From a virus (lineage: Duplodnaviria > Caudoviricetes): 64,000 nucleotides of DNA. The stretch lies in the IMG/VR virus record IMGVR_UViG_3300042013_000018, positions 1 through 64,000 of that record; one strand, given 5' to 3'. Positions 37,577 through 46,640 of the stretch are shown here, in pieces. The position numbers and the translations under genes are program-made. Within the stretch, counting starts at the first letter, position 1. The number at the start of each line of letters is the position of its first letter. The notes below the pieces were generated by a model that saw nothing but the letters and a program-made list of their open reading frames with translations, searched no databases and had not been told where the DNA came from.

Positions 37577-38074
37577 TTATATCACTCCCTCAATAACTGA
37601 TACTGCGCTAGTAGCAAGATTAAGCAAGTCTTGTAAAATACCACTAGCATCTTTGTTGCTACCGATATTTACTACCGCCTGAGACGAGCGTAAAACCCAA
37701 GTTCGGCTATCAAAAGTTGTACTCTCCACAATACTGGGAATACCTTCGATCCATGTGTTGGTAGAAAAGAATAGATCTGTACCAGATAAATCCTTGACCA
37801 GCAAAGGGAACTTCATTCTCTGGGTTATCTCATCAAGCTGCCATAGCTTTGTAAGGACATCATTAGACGTTGAGCCACGGTGAAAAGTTAAGGCAATTGT
37901 GTATGTCTGACTGTTTGTATACAACCTTGTGATTGTACCATCAGGTGTTTCAGTAGTTGTGTAAGGAACTTTATCTTTTGTTATTGTGATGAAGGTTCCG
38001 TTGCCAAAACCTGTCAGTGGAATACCGAAAGCAAGGCAATTAACTTCATCAGGAACATAGTTAGCAATTGTCAT
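37577..38074 (-). CDS. tail tube-like protein (DUF3277-like)
   Basis: NYVPDEV..TGF..GTFI; L.VKDLSG. Confidence 0.75.
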   Translation of the reverse strand: MTIANYVPDEVNCLAFGIPLTGFGNGTFITITKDKVPYTTTETPDGTITRLYTNSQTYTIALTFHRGSTSNDVLTKLWQLDEITQRMKFPLLVKDLSGTDLFFSTNTWIEGIPSIVESTTFDSRTWVLRSSQAVVNIGSNKDASGILQDLLNLATSAVSVIEGVI

Positions 38075-38091
38075 AACATCTCCTTAAACAT

Positions 38092-38111
38092 AGGGGCGTA
38101 TTTCAGCCCCT
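38092..38111 (-). terminator. hairpin terminator after tube gene
   Basis: minus strand AGGGGC-TGAAATAC-GCCCCT then ATGTTT. Confidence 0.6.
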
Positions 38112-38119
38112 AAAACCAA

Positions 38120-38650
38120 TTAAGGATTCAAACGCCACCGTGCATCAACTTCAGCCCCAAGGGACTCCATTGCAGCAACTTCAGACGGTGCCAAAGGTGT
38201 GTTACCACCAATGAAAATATCACTGCCGAACAAATAGATAGCCCAATCACGAGTACCGAACTCAGAACCAAAGGTAGCATTTGCCGGAGCGACAATTACT
38301 GCACTATTGCTGGAGGCTACAGTTTGCCCACTCAAGTCCTTCATGGTGCAATTGAAAACATAGGTGTTATCTTTTGCTTTTGCATCTGCAATTTGAAGTT
38401 GTTGAAACAACGTGTTGGAAGGTGAGCCTTGATGCAAAGTAACAGTTACGTTCATTGCAGTTTTGCTACGCTTAACACGAGCAAAAGAGTTATCACCAAC
38501 ACCTTGATACGGAGTAGAACTTGGAGTAATGCGTTCCATGTTAACAAATGTGCCATCAGCAAAACCTGTTACACGGTGTACGAAATCACCTTTTGACAAG
38601 ATGATCGTGAAATCATCTGGCAGGTAATTCGCAATAAAATTGTCAGCCAT
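38120..38650 (-). CDS. tail tube protein (DUF3277-like)
   Basis: NY.PDD..VTGFADGTFV..L.Q.SPSN..KDLSG; directly after sheath. Confidence 0.85.
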   Translation of the reverse strand: MADNFIANYLPDDFTIILSKGDFVHRVTGFADGTFVNMERITPSSTPYQGVGDNSFARVKRSKTAMNVTVTLHQGSPSNTLFQQLQIADAKAKDNTYVFNCTMKDLSGQTVASSNSAVIVAPANATFGSEFGTRDWAIYLFGSDIFIGGNTPLAPSEVAAMESLGAEVDARWRLNP

Positions 38651-38673
38651 AAATATATTTTCCTATTGCGAAT

Positions 38674-39951
38674 TTATACGGAGAGGTAAAAATTAATTGC
38701 TACGCTGCGAACAGAGCCTTGCAAACGAGCACGAATCACGAATACACCAGCAGCACGTTGGGCGCGGAGGGTAGCGGGGATGGACAATACTGGAGGAGTT
38801 GTAACTGTCCACCCAGAATCAATCAAACCATTACTTTCAGCCAAGGACAGGACAGCACGGATTTCATTTTCAACAATCAGCAAGCCCGGATCAGTCATCG
38901 GGATTTTCAGGCTGTTGATAATACGGAAATACACGCCCTCTTGGAGCCGTGCCCGAAGCCAATCTTTGCCAATTGCAACGTCAATGTAAGCGCCGCTGAA
39001 CATATTACCATCTTGGAAGATGTCAACACCACCTTTACGACGGTAGAAGTTCCAACCCTTGTTACGCAGATTGGTCATCTGAGTTGCACTGAGGATACTG
39101 CGAGTAACGTTAACGGCTTGTTTGTAATCCCAATCGTTAGCACCCGGAGTAACTGCCAGTTGACTGCCAATCCATGCCAGTTCTGGGAACTCTGTAGCTG
39201 CTGTTGCAGACCATACACCAAAGGTACGTTCAGCATTCTTAGCTTCAAGCTTGTAACCAATATCGGTAATACCAGTAGTTGGTGCTACAGCGTCTGGAGA
39301 GGAAAGACCATAGATCTTTTCCATAGCTTGGATTACATCGGAGAGAGCTTCTTGTTCAGCTACAACTTGTGTATCAGCAGTCAGGCAGTACCAAACATCA
39401 TTCTCAGCATCAACAGCTGCAAGCGCTGCTGGATAAGTTTCAGTAGTGGTATTGACAGCAACCATGTTAGCCGAAGCCTTTACGCTCCAAGGCAGTGTTG
39501 TTGGAGTCAAGTTAAGAGTCGCTGTACCAGCAACAGTAACACCTGCAGGAGTGCCAATTGCGGCTTTAAGGCCGGTCACAATAGTGGTAGCTGTAGCAGC
39601 AGTACCCGAAGTGAAAGTGAATGGCACACCATTCAATGTAACACTGTAAAGGGTGTTATCAGCAGCAGTTGGGGTATAAACTACGCTATCAACTTGACGA
39701 CGACCAATAACTACGTAAGGAGGTGGAGCACCAATTACACTGTTTTGACCGAAAGCTTGACGAGCCATAATGTAGGCTTTGTCAGTAGTTGCAAAGTCAG
39801 CACCAACTTCAGTGATGCTGTTATACACACGAGTGCGTTCAGGGAAGTTTGTGTGGGTTGCCAGAACCAAAGGTACTGCAAAAGATGCTGTGCTGATTGC
39901 TGTTGATTGATCCGTAATGACAACGGAAACTACATCGGAAAGATCGCTCAT
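38674..39951 (-). CDS. tail sheath protein (DUF3383-like)
   Basis: 425 aa; N.Y....G...Q.G.M..G.YID...G.DWL...LQE; KIP.TD.G. Confidence 0.92.
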   Translation of the reverse strand: MSDLSDVVSVVITDQSTAISTASFAVPLVLATHTNFPERTRVYNSITEVGADFATTDKAYIMARQAFGQNSVIGAPPPYVVIGRRQVDSVVYTPTAADNTLYSVTLNGVPFTFTSGTAATATTIVTGLKAAIGTPAGVTVAGTATLNLTPTTLPWSVKASANMVAVNTTTETYPAALAAVDAENDVWYCLTADTQVVAEQEALSDVIQAMEKIYGLSSPDAVAPTTGITDIGYKLEAKNAERTFGVWSATAATEFPELAWIGSQLAVTPGANDWDYKQAVNVTRSILSATQMTNLRNKGWNFYRRKGGVDIFQDGNMFSGAYIDVAIGKDWLRARLQEGVYFRIINSLKIPMTDPGLLIVENEIRAVLSLAESNGLIDSGWTVTTPPVLSIPATLRAQRAAGVFVIRARLQGSVRSVAINFYLSV

Positions 39952-39985
39952 AATTTAATATGATCCTTTATATAAGTAGCCATTG

Positions 39986-40525
39986 CTACGGGTAGATAAT
40001 ACTTTCTGGAATTTTTATTAGGAGTGGTATTTCTGATGTATTATCTTCAAGGACAACACCTTCTACAATATCAACAACTTGATTTGTATTAGCTATATAG
40101 TTAAAGGTTACATCAATGTTGTGATACTCAACCCACTTTGTGTCTCTTTTCTGTGGTGCCCTGCGGATTTGACTCTTACGCAAAATACCAAGTTTATTTC
40201 TTTTAAGTTCTTCAAGAGCTACTGGATTGTTGTTAATTCTTTGAGAAAAGCTCTTTGACATATCACCAGACAAACTCCCAATGAAACTAAACTGCACCAT
40301 TATTTCTGACGAAGTTTGAATGGATAGTTGATCAGATGTGTTAGCTAGTGTAGATGTCATGTGATGTCCAATCTGCCTGTCCTCAAGAATGTTGATAACA
40401 ACATAACTCTCAGCAGGTTCGGCACCATTGTTGTGACTAAATATTACTTGAGGGTTTGTGTATTCATTCAAAGCCCCTATTGCAGCCCTGCGAATAGCAG
40501 CCCTTACTTCACTGTATAAGGCCAT
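39986..40525 (-). CDS. tail terminator / neck protein
   Basis: Position before sheath; TGATG coupling. Confidence 0.7.
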   Translation of the reverse strand: MALYSEVRAAIRRAAIGALNEYTNPQVIFSHNNGAEPAESYVVINILEDRQIGHHMTSTLANTSDQLSIQTSSEIMVQFSFIGSLSGDMSKSFSQRINNNPVALEELKRNKLGILRKSQIRRAPQKRDTKWVEYHNIDVTFNYIANTNQVVDIVEGVVLEDNTSEIPLLIKIPESIIYP

Positions 40526-40980
40526 CAAACACTCCCCACCCTATAGTCAACAGAATTCAACATCGTATCTGTATCCCTGAGTGGATCATTAAATCCTTTT
40601 AGTTCAACAGTTTTAGGGCTGTTAGGAGGACTATCCCAATCAATAATCTGTTGTCTCATTTCATTGACAAAGACAGGACCAAGAATCTTCAGGGACTGCA
40701 TAGGAGACTCCCCTTCAGCAATCCTTGTAATTGCACTGGCAATATTCTTATCAAGCTTCCCTGCACGAAGAACACCACCAAAACCGACACGCATGAAAGG
40801 GCGTGGAGGGTTATCAGAACTTCCTTCCTCGTTCCATTGAGCTACCTGAGCTACTGGTAAATTACCATTCTCAGGACCATAATTAGACCCAGAAAAGAAT
40901 CCAGTGTTTAGTTCAGGAATATTCTTTAGTAGATTAGCTTTCACCTTCTCCCACTGAGCAGTGTTTTTTGTAAACTTCAT
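40525..40980 (-). CDS. tail completion / neck protein (HK97 gp10-like)
   Basis: VAQVAQWNEEG...PPRPFMR; PPN.P.T...KG.N.PL.DT..M..SV.Y. Confidence 0.8.
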   Translation of the reverse strand: MKFTKNTAQWEKVKANLLKNIPELNTGFFSGSNYGPENGNLPVAQVAQWNEEGSSDNPPRPFMRVGFGGVLRAGKLDKNIASAITRIAEGESPMQSLKILGPVFVNEMRQQIIDWDSPPNSPKTVELKGFNDPLRDTDTMLNSVDYRVGSV

Positions 40981-40989
40981 ACACTATCC

Positions 40990-41364
40990 TCAGTTTGGGG
41001 TAAGAGATATACGGGTTGCATAAGCTTTACAATGTTCAAGAATTCCCATGGCATTTTGCCAATCGTCTAGTTTCATAATCTTATAACGATCACCTTTCCA
41101 GACAAACTCATCAGCATCCCAACCGCCATCACCTTCTTTAGCTGTACGCAGAAGATCAGCAGAGTAGAGCTTCCACCAAACACGAGTTCGTTCGGACTCA
41201 GGTAGCTGAAGGATTTCATAACCTTTAAGGGGTTGGATATTTACTTGAACTTCTACTTCAACAGTAGATCCTTCTACCCAACGTCCATCAACATATTCAC
41301 CTAAAGATCTACGATAAATAGTGAGGGGAATCTTATGTGTCAAAAGGAATTGTGGTTTTAACAT
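40990..41364 (-). CDS. head closure / stopper protein
   Basis: G.YVDGRWV.G; QP..G...LPE.ER; D...W.G..Y. Confidence 0.8.
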   Translation of the reverse strand: MLKPQFLLTHKIPLTIYRRSLGEYVDGRWVEGSTVEVEVQVNIQPLKGYEILQLPESERTRVWWKLYSADLLRTAKEGDGGWDADEFVWKGDRYKIMKLDDWQNAMGILEHCKAYATRISLTPN

Positions 41365-41372
41365 CTCAACTC

Positions 41373-41807
41373 CTAGTAAACAAATACTTCGCCATGAGGA
41401 TGACAATCATCACAGCCGCATCCTGTCTCACAACAAGTTGCTTCCCTGCAATTATCTCCATCGCATACTTCAATAGACATGAGCTTGCTTGGGCACTTGT
41501 TAGCAGACCAAGGCATCAATCCCATTGGAATAAGTGTTGTTGGACTGTTGATGAAGTTACCTAAAGCTGCTAGGTAGTTCTTCGCATAGTCGTTCCACAC
41601 TAAAATATCGCCTGTCTGCTCACGGGTGCTATAACCAGCAATAGTAAATGAGGCTGAGATAGCTGCCATCCTAGCTGCTTGGTAAACATTCTGGTTTGTT
41701 AGATCAAGAAACTGTTGAATCTCTTCATCTGTAAAAATTGGGTAAAATGGATTTGATGGAACATTACCAATCAACAAATTTACTTGCTGAACAGGTGTAA
41801 GGGCCAT
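41373..41807 (-). CDS. head-tail connector/adaptor
   Basis: L.IG....F.DEEI..FL; follows capsid genes; Cys-rich C-terminus. Confidence 0.75.
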   Translation of the reverse strand: MALTPVQQVNLLIGNVPSNPFYPIFTDEEIQQFLDLTNQNVYQAARMAAISASFTIAGYSTREQTGDILVWNDYAKNYLAALGNFINSPTTLIPMGLMPWSANKCPSKLMSIEVCDGDNCREATCCETGCGCDDCHPHGEVFVY

Positions 41808-41825
41808 ATTGCTCTCCTTATTAGA

Positions 41826-41846
41826 AAGGAGGCAGACAAGCTGCCC
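41826..41846 (-). terminator. hairpin terminator after head-fibre gene
   Basis: minus strand GGGGCAG-CTTGT-CTGCCTCC then TTTCT. Confidence 0.55.
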
Positions 41847-41851
41847 CTATT

Positions 41852-42070
41852 TTAAGCTACAATGCCAGCAGCTTTAAGCTTGGCAAGGAATGCGTTCAAC
41901 TCTACCAACAGTGCAGCAGTATCAGCACCAGCAAAGTTAGCCTGAGTAGTAGCTTTCTTTACAGTACCATTTACAGTGGTGGTTGCAGCAGGGACAGCAG
42001 TACCAGCAGCCAATTGAGCTTCAAGTGCTTGCAGTGCAAAGATCCAACCATTTTTAGTTGTTACAGGCAT
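41852..42070 (-). CDS. small head fibre / decoration protein
   Basis: PAATTT..G.VKKA.TQA..L..ELNA.LAKLKAAG pattern. Confidence 0.7.
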   Translation of the reverse strand: MPVTTKNGWIFALQALEAQLAAGTAVPAATTTVNGTVKKATTQANFAGADTAALLVELNAFLAKLKAAGIVA

Positions 42071-42090
42071 ATCATACTCCTCAGAATATG

Positions 42091-42110
42091 GGGCTATATT
42101 TCAAGCCCCT
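42091..42110 (-). terminator. hairpin after major capsid gene
   Basis: minus strand GGGGCT-TGAAATAT-AGCCCC then ATATT. Confidence 0.6.
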
Positions 42111-42120
42111 TTCTTATGTC

Positions 42121-43188
42121 TTAGGTCAACGACAGACGCAGGATAGCTTCTGGATTCAGGCAAGCGTTCAAGAAGTTCTGCTCAGTCATGATTTCGATGA
42201 CATCATCTTTTTCGTTCAGGTATTCGAAGAAATAGCTACCCTGAGCGCGACGGTTGATACTACCAAAACGGTTAGCCGGGGCGTAGTAGGTTTTCAGGAA
42301 GTTACGGATACCAACAGGCATCATGTAAGCGTCACCTTCTGGAATGAACGGTACGAAAGTACCAGCAGCATTCTCGTAGCCAGCAGCACCGGCATTGATG
42401 AAGGTGATACCAAATACGCTCATCATTTCAAAGCGAGCATCCAGACCCGGTACATCCATACCACCTTGACCCAACAGAACACGGGTAGCTTGGGTTTGGT
42501 CAACATACTTATAAGCATCAGTTACGTATGCGTTCTGTTGAACAGCATTGTAGTAGCTATCGGAAGCCAGAACAACGAACGAACGAACAGTGCCAGCTTG
42601 ACCATCACGCAATGCGTTACGGGTAGCTTTCTTAGCATCGTTGAAATCTGCACGAGGGTCAGCAGCCGAGGACAGATCGGTAACAATCTCGATACGAGTA
42701 ACACCAAACTCAGTGTAGAAGTTGGTAGCTACAGTGGCACGAGGTGCATACACAGTACCTTGAGTAATCAACTGCATACGAGCAGCTTCTTTGGTCAGTG
42801 CGTGAGCTTCACGAACATCGATCATTTTGTCAGCACGAACCGATGCAACGCTTTCCAGTTCAGCAAATTCGGCCAGCGAGCCTGCAACAACAATACCGTC
42901 AACATCATTTGGAGTGATTGCATCGTCCAAAGGGAAGTGGGGGATTTTCAGCAACAGAGCATCTTGTTCACGACCAGCGATAGTCTGATTACGTTCATCC
43001 CAGTTACGGTCTTCCAGCAGATGAGACTTACGAGTCGAACGAACAATCTCGATAGTCTTTTGGGTGGAGTATACATCTTCAAACAGACCCAGAGCATTGG
43101 TGATACCAACGGTGTTTGGGATAACAATCAGAGAGTCTGTGCGGTCAACAACTTTACCGTTGTTCTGACGATCTAGTACAATAGCCAT
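42121..43188 (-). CDS. major capsid protein (HK97 fold, lambda gpE-like family)
   Basis: 355 aa; IPHFPLDDAITP.D..G; E....Q...QG.V; C-term TEQNFL..C.NPE. Confidence 0.92.
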   Translation of the reverse strand: MAIVLDRQNNGKVVDRTDSLIVIPNTVGITNALGLFEDVYSTQKTIEIVRSTRKSHLLEDRNWDERNQTIAGREQDALLLKIPHFPLDDAITPNDVDGIVVAGSLAEFAELESVASVRADKMIDVREAHALTKEAARMQLITQGTVYAPRATVATNFYTEFGVTRIEIVTDLSSAADPRADFNDAKKATRNALRDGQAGTVRSFVVLASDSYYNAVQQNAYVTDAYKYVDQTQATRVLLGQGGMDVPGLDARFEMMSVFGITFINAGAAGYENAAGTFVPFIPEGDAYMMPVGIRNFLKTYYAPANRFGSINRRAQGSYFFEYLNEKDDVIEIMTEQNFLNACLNPEAILRLSLT

Positions 43189-43232
43189 ATTCTTTATAAT
43201 TCCTTAGCTTAGAGAGTTTGTTAAACAGTGGC

Positions 43233-43697
43233 TTAAACTGTTTTAAGTACTTGGATGCCTTGCTGTTCAAGCAAACCTTTGAGGGTTTCAACTTGAGCAT
43301 CAGTGAGAGCAGCGCCACCGATGTTAGTAGCAGATTTAGCAACTTCTTTGATGTAGTATTCTTTCAGTTGCAGAGCACCCGAAGTACCAACAAAACCAAC
43401 AGCGTTATATTGATTGGCAGCAATTGCACGAGCAACAAACGACGGATTAAACGAGTAATGATCACCGTAAACAACGGCAAATTCATTGGTCAGAACCAGC
43501 GGAGTAGCAGAGGCCAGTACAGTCCAAGCAGCAGTCAGATCGGCGTTTTTAGCACGATAAACTACGGTGCCCATGCGGATAGCTGGAGTGATAGGGGTAA
43601 CGTTCAGGTCACGACGGCTGTAACCAACCGAAGGGTCCATCTCATGCACAACAAGGTCAGAGAAGCGTTGAGCAAATGTTTCAGTAACGAAAGGCAT
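43233..43697 (-). CDS. head decoration protein
   Basis: 154 aa between protease and MCP; R.SDLV.HE..P..GYSR. Confidence 0.75.
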   Translation of the reverse strand: MPFVTETFAQRFSDLVVHEMDPSVGYSRRDLNVTPITPAIRMGTVVYRAKNADLTAAWTVLASATPLVLTNEFAVVYGDHYSFNPSFVARAIAANQYNAVGFVGTSGALQLKEYYIKEVAKSATNIGGAALTDAQVETLKGLLEQQGIQVLKTV

Positions 43698-43747
43698 ATT
43701 TGATTCCTTTAAATAATGGTGTTGTAGGGTCTACCCGAAGGGAAGCC

Positions 43748-45121
43748 TTATTTCAAACCTAGTTTTTGTTTGATTAGATCTTCAGTAACATCTTTGGATT
43801 TTGAAGTAGTTTCTACAACAGCTTCAGTACCTTGATCGCCAATCTCTGTAAACATGTCAGATGCTTCTAGAGCTTGTTTCTGTGCAGCAAAACCACTCAG
43901 AACAGTTTCAAATGCCGAGTCATCAAGGCTGGACAGGGAGGCAGAAACACCTTCCAGTTTGTCAGCGCTCATTACAGCGGCAAGTTTGGACTTACGAGCG
44001 TCCATTTTAACGGCTACAGCAGCAGCCTCAGCAGAGGCTACAGCTTCTTTCATCTGTGCAACTTCAGAGAGTGCAGCAGAGAGCAGGGTTTCTTTTTCGG
44101 TGAGGGCTGCAAGCAGAGTTGCATGAGCTTCTTTAACAGAGGAGAACTCTGCAAGTTGCTCTTGGTACTGAGCAAGCTGAGCCTGCATTTCAGTGGTCTG
44201 AGTCATGTTGGGAGTTTCCTCTGTATTGGTTTTCATATTAAAGAGTTTGTTTTTAAGCATTCCATTCTCTTGGGGTTTCTGAGCCGTATCGGCAAGGTAA
44301 TTGTAAAATGACTCAACGGTCATCTCTGCATCAATCAAACCAAGTGCCATAGCTTCTTTTGGAAGGAATGTACGAGCTTCGGTTGACTTAACACTATCAC
44401 TTGATAGGTTACGCTGAGTTGCAACAAACTCTACGAATTCAACATACAAAGAATCAACTTTGGATTGAATATCGTTGATAAAGTCAGGACGGAAAGAACC
44501 ATCTTCTGCATACGGCACCTTACTGGAACCTGCATACACAAAGGACCGCTCATAGCCTTCTTTTTCTAGAGCTTTCGAGTCATTCATAAGACGAACAACT
44601 ACACCAATCGATCCAACTTCAGATCCCGGAGAAACAATAATTTCATCGGCAATAGAAGTAAGACCATATCCGGCGCTGGCTGACATACCGTCTGCGAACG
44701 CAAGAATCTTTACACCATTGGCATCAGCCAAGTCACGCATATATTGAGCAGTTGGGAAGAGACCATGAGCTTCGCCACCGGGGCTGTCAATCATTAGAGC
44801 AATTGTTTTAGCACCACTTTCAACCAAATAGGTGAAGTCTTCTTTCAACTGAGTGTAAGAAGTACCACCACAATCAAAACCCATCATAGTGATCGGACGA
44901 TATGACAAGGGTCCGTCGATAGAGAGGGTTGCTACCCCGAGGTCTTGATTAAACGAATAACGTTCAACTTGACCAAAACCACCATCTTCATCACTTTGAA
45001 GTTTGAAGTCTTTAGAGCAACGATCATCTAGGTATTTAGCAATTGCATCAAAACCTTGGACAGACATCAACTGTGGAGTATTTAAAGTCTTCTCACGGAG
45101 ACGAAATAAAGCGTGCGGCAT
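43748..45121 (-). CDS. prohead protease (S49 family) fused to scaffold
   Basis: IDSPGGE, SASAGY, GSIGV motifs; C-terminal Ala/Glu coiled coil. Confidence 0.9.
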   Translation of the reverse strand: MPHALFRLREKTLNTPQLMSVQGFDAIAKYLDDRCSKDFKLQSDEDGGFGQVERYSFNQDLGVATLSIDGPLSYRPITMMGFDCGGTSYTQLKEDFTYLVESGAKTIALMIDSPGGEAHGLFPTAQYMRDLADANGVKILAFADGMSASAGYGLTSIADEIIVSPGSEVGSIGVVVRLMNDSKALEKEGYERSFVYAGSSKVPYAEDGSFRPDFINDIQSKVDSLYVEFVEFVATQRNLSSDSVKSTEARTFLPKEAMALGLIDAEMTVESFYNYLADTAQKPQENGMLKNKLFNMKTNTEETPNMTQTTEMQAQLAQYQEQLAEFSSVKEAHATLLAALTEKETLLSAALSEVAQMKEAVASAEAAAVAVKMDARKSKLAAVMSADKLEGVSASLSSLDDSAFETVLSGFAAQKQALEASDMFTEIGDQGTEAVVETTSKSKDVTEDLIKQKLGLK

Positions 45122-45135
45122 TTACGCCTCCTTGG

Positions 45136-46629
45136 TTACACGTTTTCATTATTTGATGTGGAAGAGTCGCCTGAACTACCATTGGATGATCCAGTGCCGT
45201 TGTTCAAGCCTTCGACCATCCCGGAACCTGATGCTGATGTGTCTGGGGAAAGAATCTTTGTAAGATCCTCTGTAGACAAACCAAGATCCACACGATAAGG
45301 GATATCAGCAGCTTTCATAATCCAGTTGATAACTTCAGGAACTTTTGGAAGGTTGCCAGTTGCGCTCACACGCTGGATAAACTTACCAAGCTCATCAAGA
45401 GATTCAGTACCTACAGAACCATAATCTAGGAACGGCATTACGTCAGTATCCCAACCATTCAACTCAAATAATTGTTTAATGAGGTCATGGTTCAATTGAG
45501 ATTTGATTTCATCCAACTTAGATTGGATTGCCATCTCTACTACGCTAATCTTAGACTCTGCAAGAGAGAAGCTACCACTACCATTACTTCCAAGAGAAAG
45601 GAAGTCAGCAAACAACGCTGTCAGAATCTCTGACGTATAACGGTTGATAATAGCGTTAGTGTCGTAAGACTTCTGACCAGTGATGGACTGAAACTCAAGC
45701 TCAAACATTTTGTTGCCAGCACCATCAACCAACAAGGGAAGAATGATCCCTGATTGTTTGGCTTGATGCATATTGGCAAGAATCTTTTTATACTCTTCGA
45801 AAGCAGCTTTCTTATCTTCCGATGCATCAGCCACCATATACTCAGGAGGCAAATACAGAACTTTAAAACCGTTAGAGTCTTGTGCTACAGCAATCGCTTC
45901 ACTCTCTTGATAGGCTTGCTTGTATTTCCAAGCTTGCCATGCACCATTGAGTGGGGAAGTTCCGACAGGGCTATCTTTTAAAGGGTTATTACGGAACAAG
46001 AGGAACTTCTTACGAGGGATTTTCTTTTCCATTGTCTGGCCACTAGAGGTGGAGACGAAATCCCAACCATTAAGGCTCTCTGTACCGGGAAGCATTACAT
46101 TCTGGATACAGCCCGCAAGCTCGCGACCGTTGTTCTTCCAATACCATTTAGAAATACTATCTTGTGAACGGATAGGCAGCTTCTTGATACCAATAAGGCC
46201 ATCATTATACTTACTACCTTTTTCCTTCAGGCGATACCGGAATACCTTTTCGTGGACACTAAATCCGTAGCGGTTGTAAGAGACGGCTTGTTTAATAAAG
46301 CTTTGGAAGTCTTCATCCATATCAGAAATACACTGACGAACAAAGTTAGCTTTCTCTTTAAGTTGTTCCTCATAGCCTTCAGGAATCTTTACAGTCCAAG
46401 GTACACGAGCAATCATCATCTCTACAAGTTCAAGGGCTGGAGCAATAGCACCATCTTTTGCCATACGCTTGTAGGTGTTAATTGCTTCAGGCCAACGAAG
46501 TTCATGTGAGCATTCTTCGAGGATTTGACCGCCGAGCGTCAACAAACCTGAATAAGCAGTTTCACCCATTGTAATTGTAGGGGTTTCATTTTCCCCAGCC
46601 TCAAGGGAGACTTCAGTGTCTACAGCCAT
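45136..46629 (-). CDS. portal protein
   Basis: 497 aa right after TerL; typical position and size; low-complexity Ser/Gly C-tail. Confidence 0.88.
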   Translation of the reverse strand: MAVDTEVSLEAGENETPTITMGETAYSGLLTLGGQILEECSHELRWPEAINTYKRMAKDGAIAPALELVEMMIARVPWTVKIPEGYEEQLKEKANFVRQCISDMDEDFQSFIKQAVSYNRYGFSVHEKVFRYRLKEKGSKYNDGLIGIKKLPIRSQDSISKWYWKNNGRELAGCIQNVMLPGTESLNGWDFVSTSSGQTMEKKIPRKKFLLFRNNPLKDSPVGTSPLNGAWQAWKYKQAYQESEAIAVAQDSNGFKVLYLPPEYMVADASEDKKAAFEEYKKILANMHQAKQSGIILPLLVDGAGNKMFELEFQSITGQKSYDTNAIINRYTSEILTALFADFLSLGSNGSGSFSLAESKISVVEMAIQSKLDEIKSQLNHDLIKQLFELNGWDTDVMPFLDYGSVGTESLDELGKFIQRVSATGNLPKVPEVINWIMKAADIPYRVDLGLSTEDLTKILSPDTSASGSGMVEGLNNGTGSSNGSSGDSSTSNNENV

Positions 46630-46640
46630 GTAATCTCCTA

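Noticed and set aside
38719-39906. 395-aa + strand ORF antisense to the tail sheath
   Set aside because: Exactly in register with the sheath codons, no RBS, low-complexity Ser/Cys/Thr product; explained by avoidance of TTA/CTA/TCA in the sense gene
42058-43176. 372-aa + strand ORF antisense to the major capsid gene
   Set aside because: Same in-register shadow effect; no RBS or recognisable motifs
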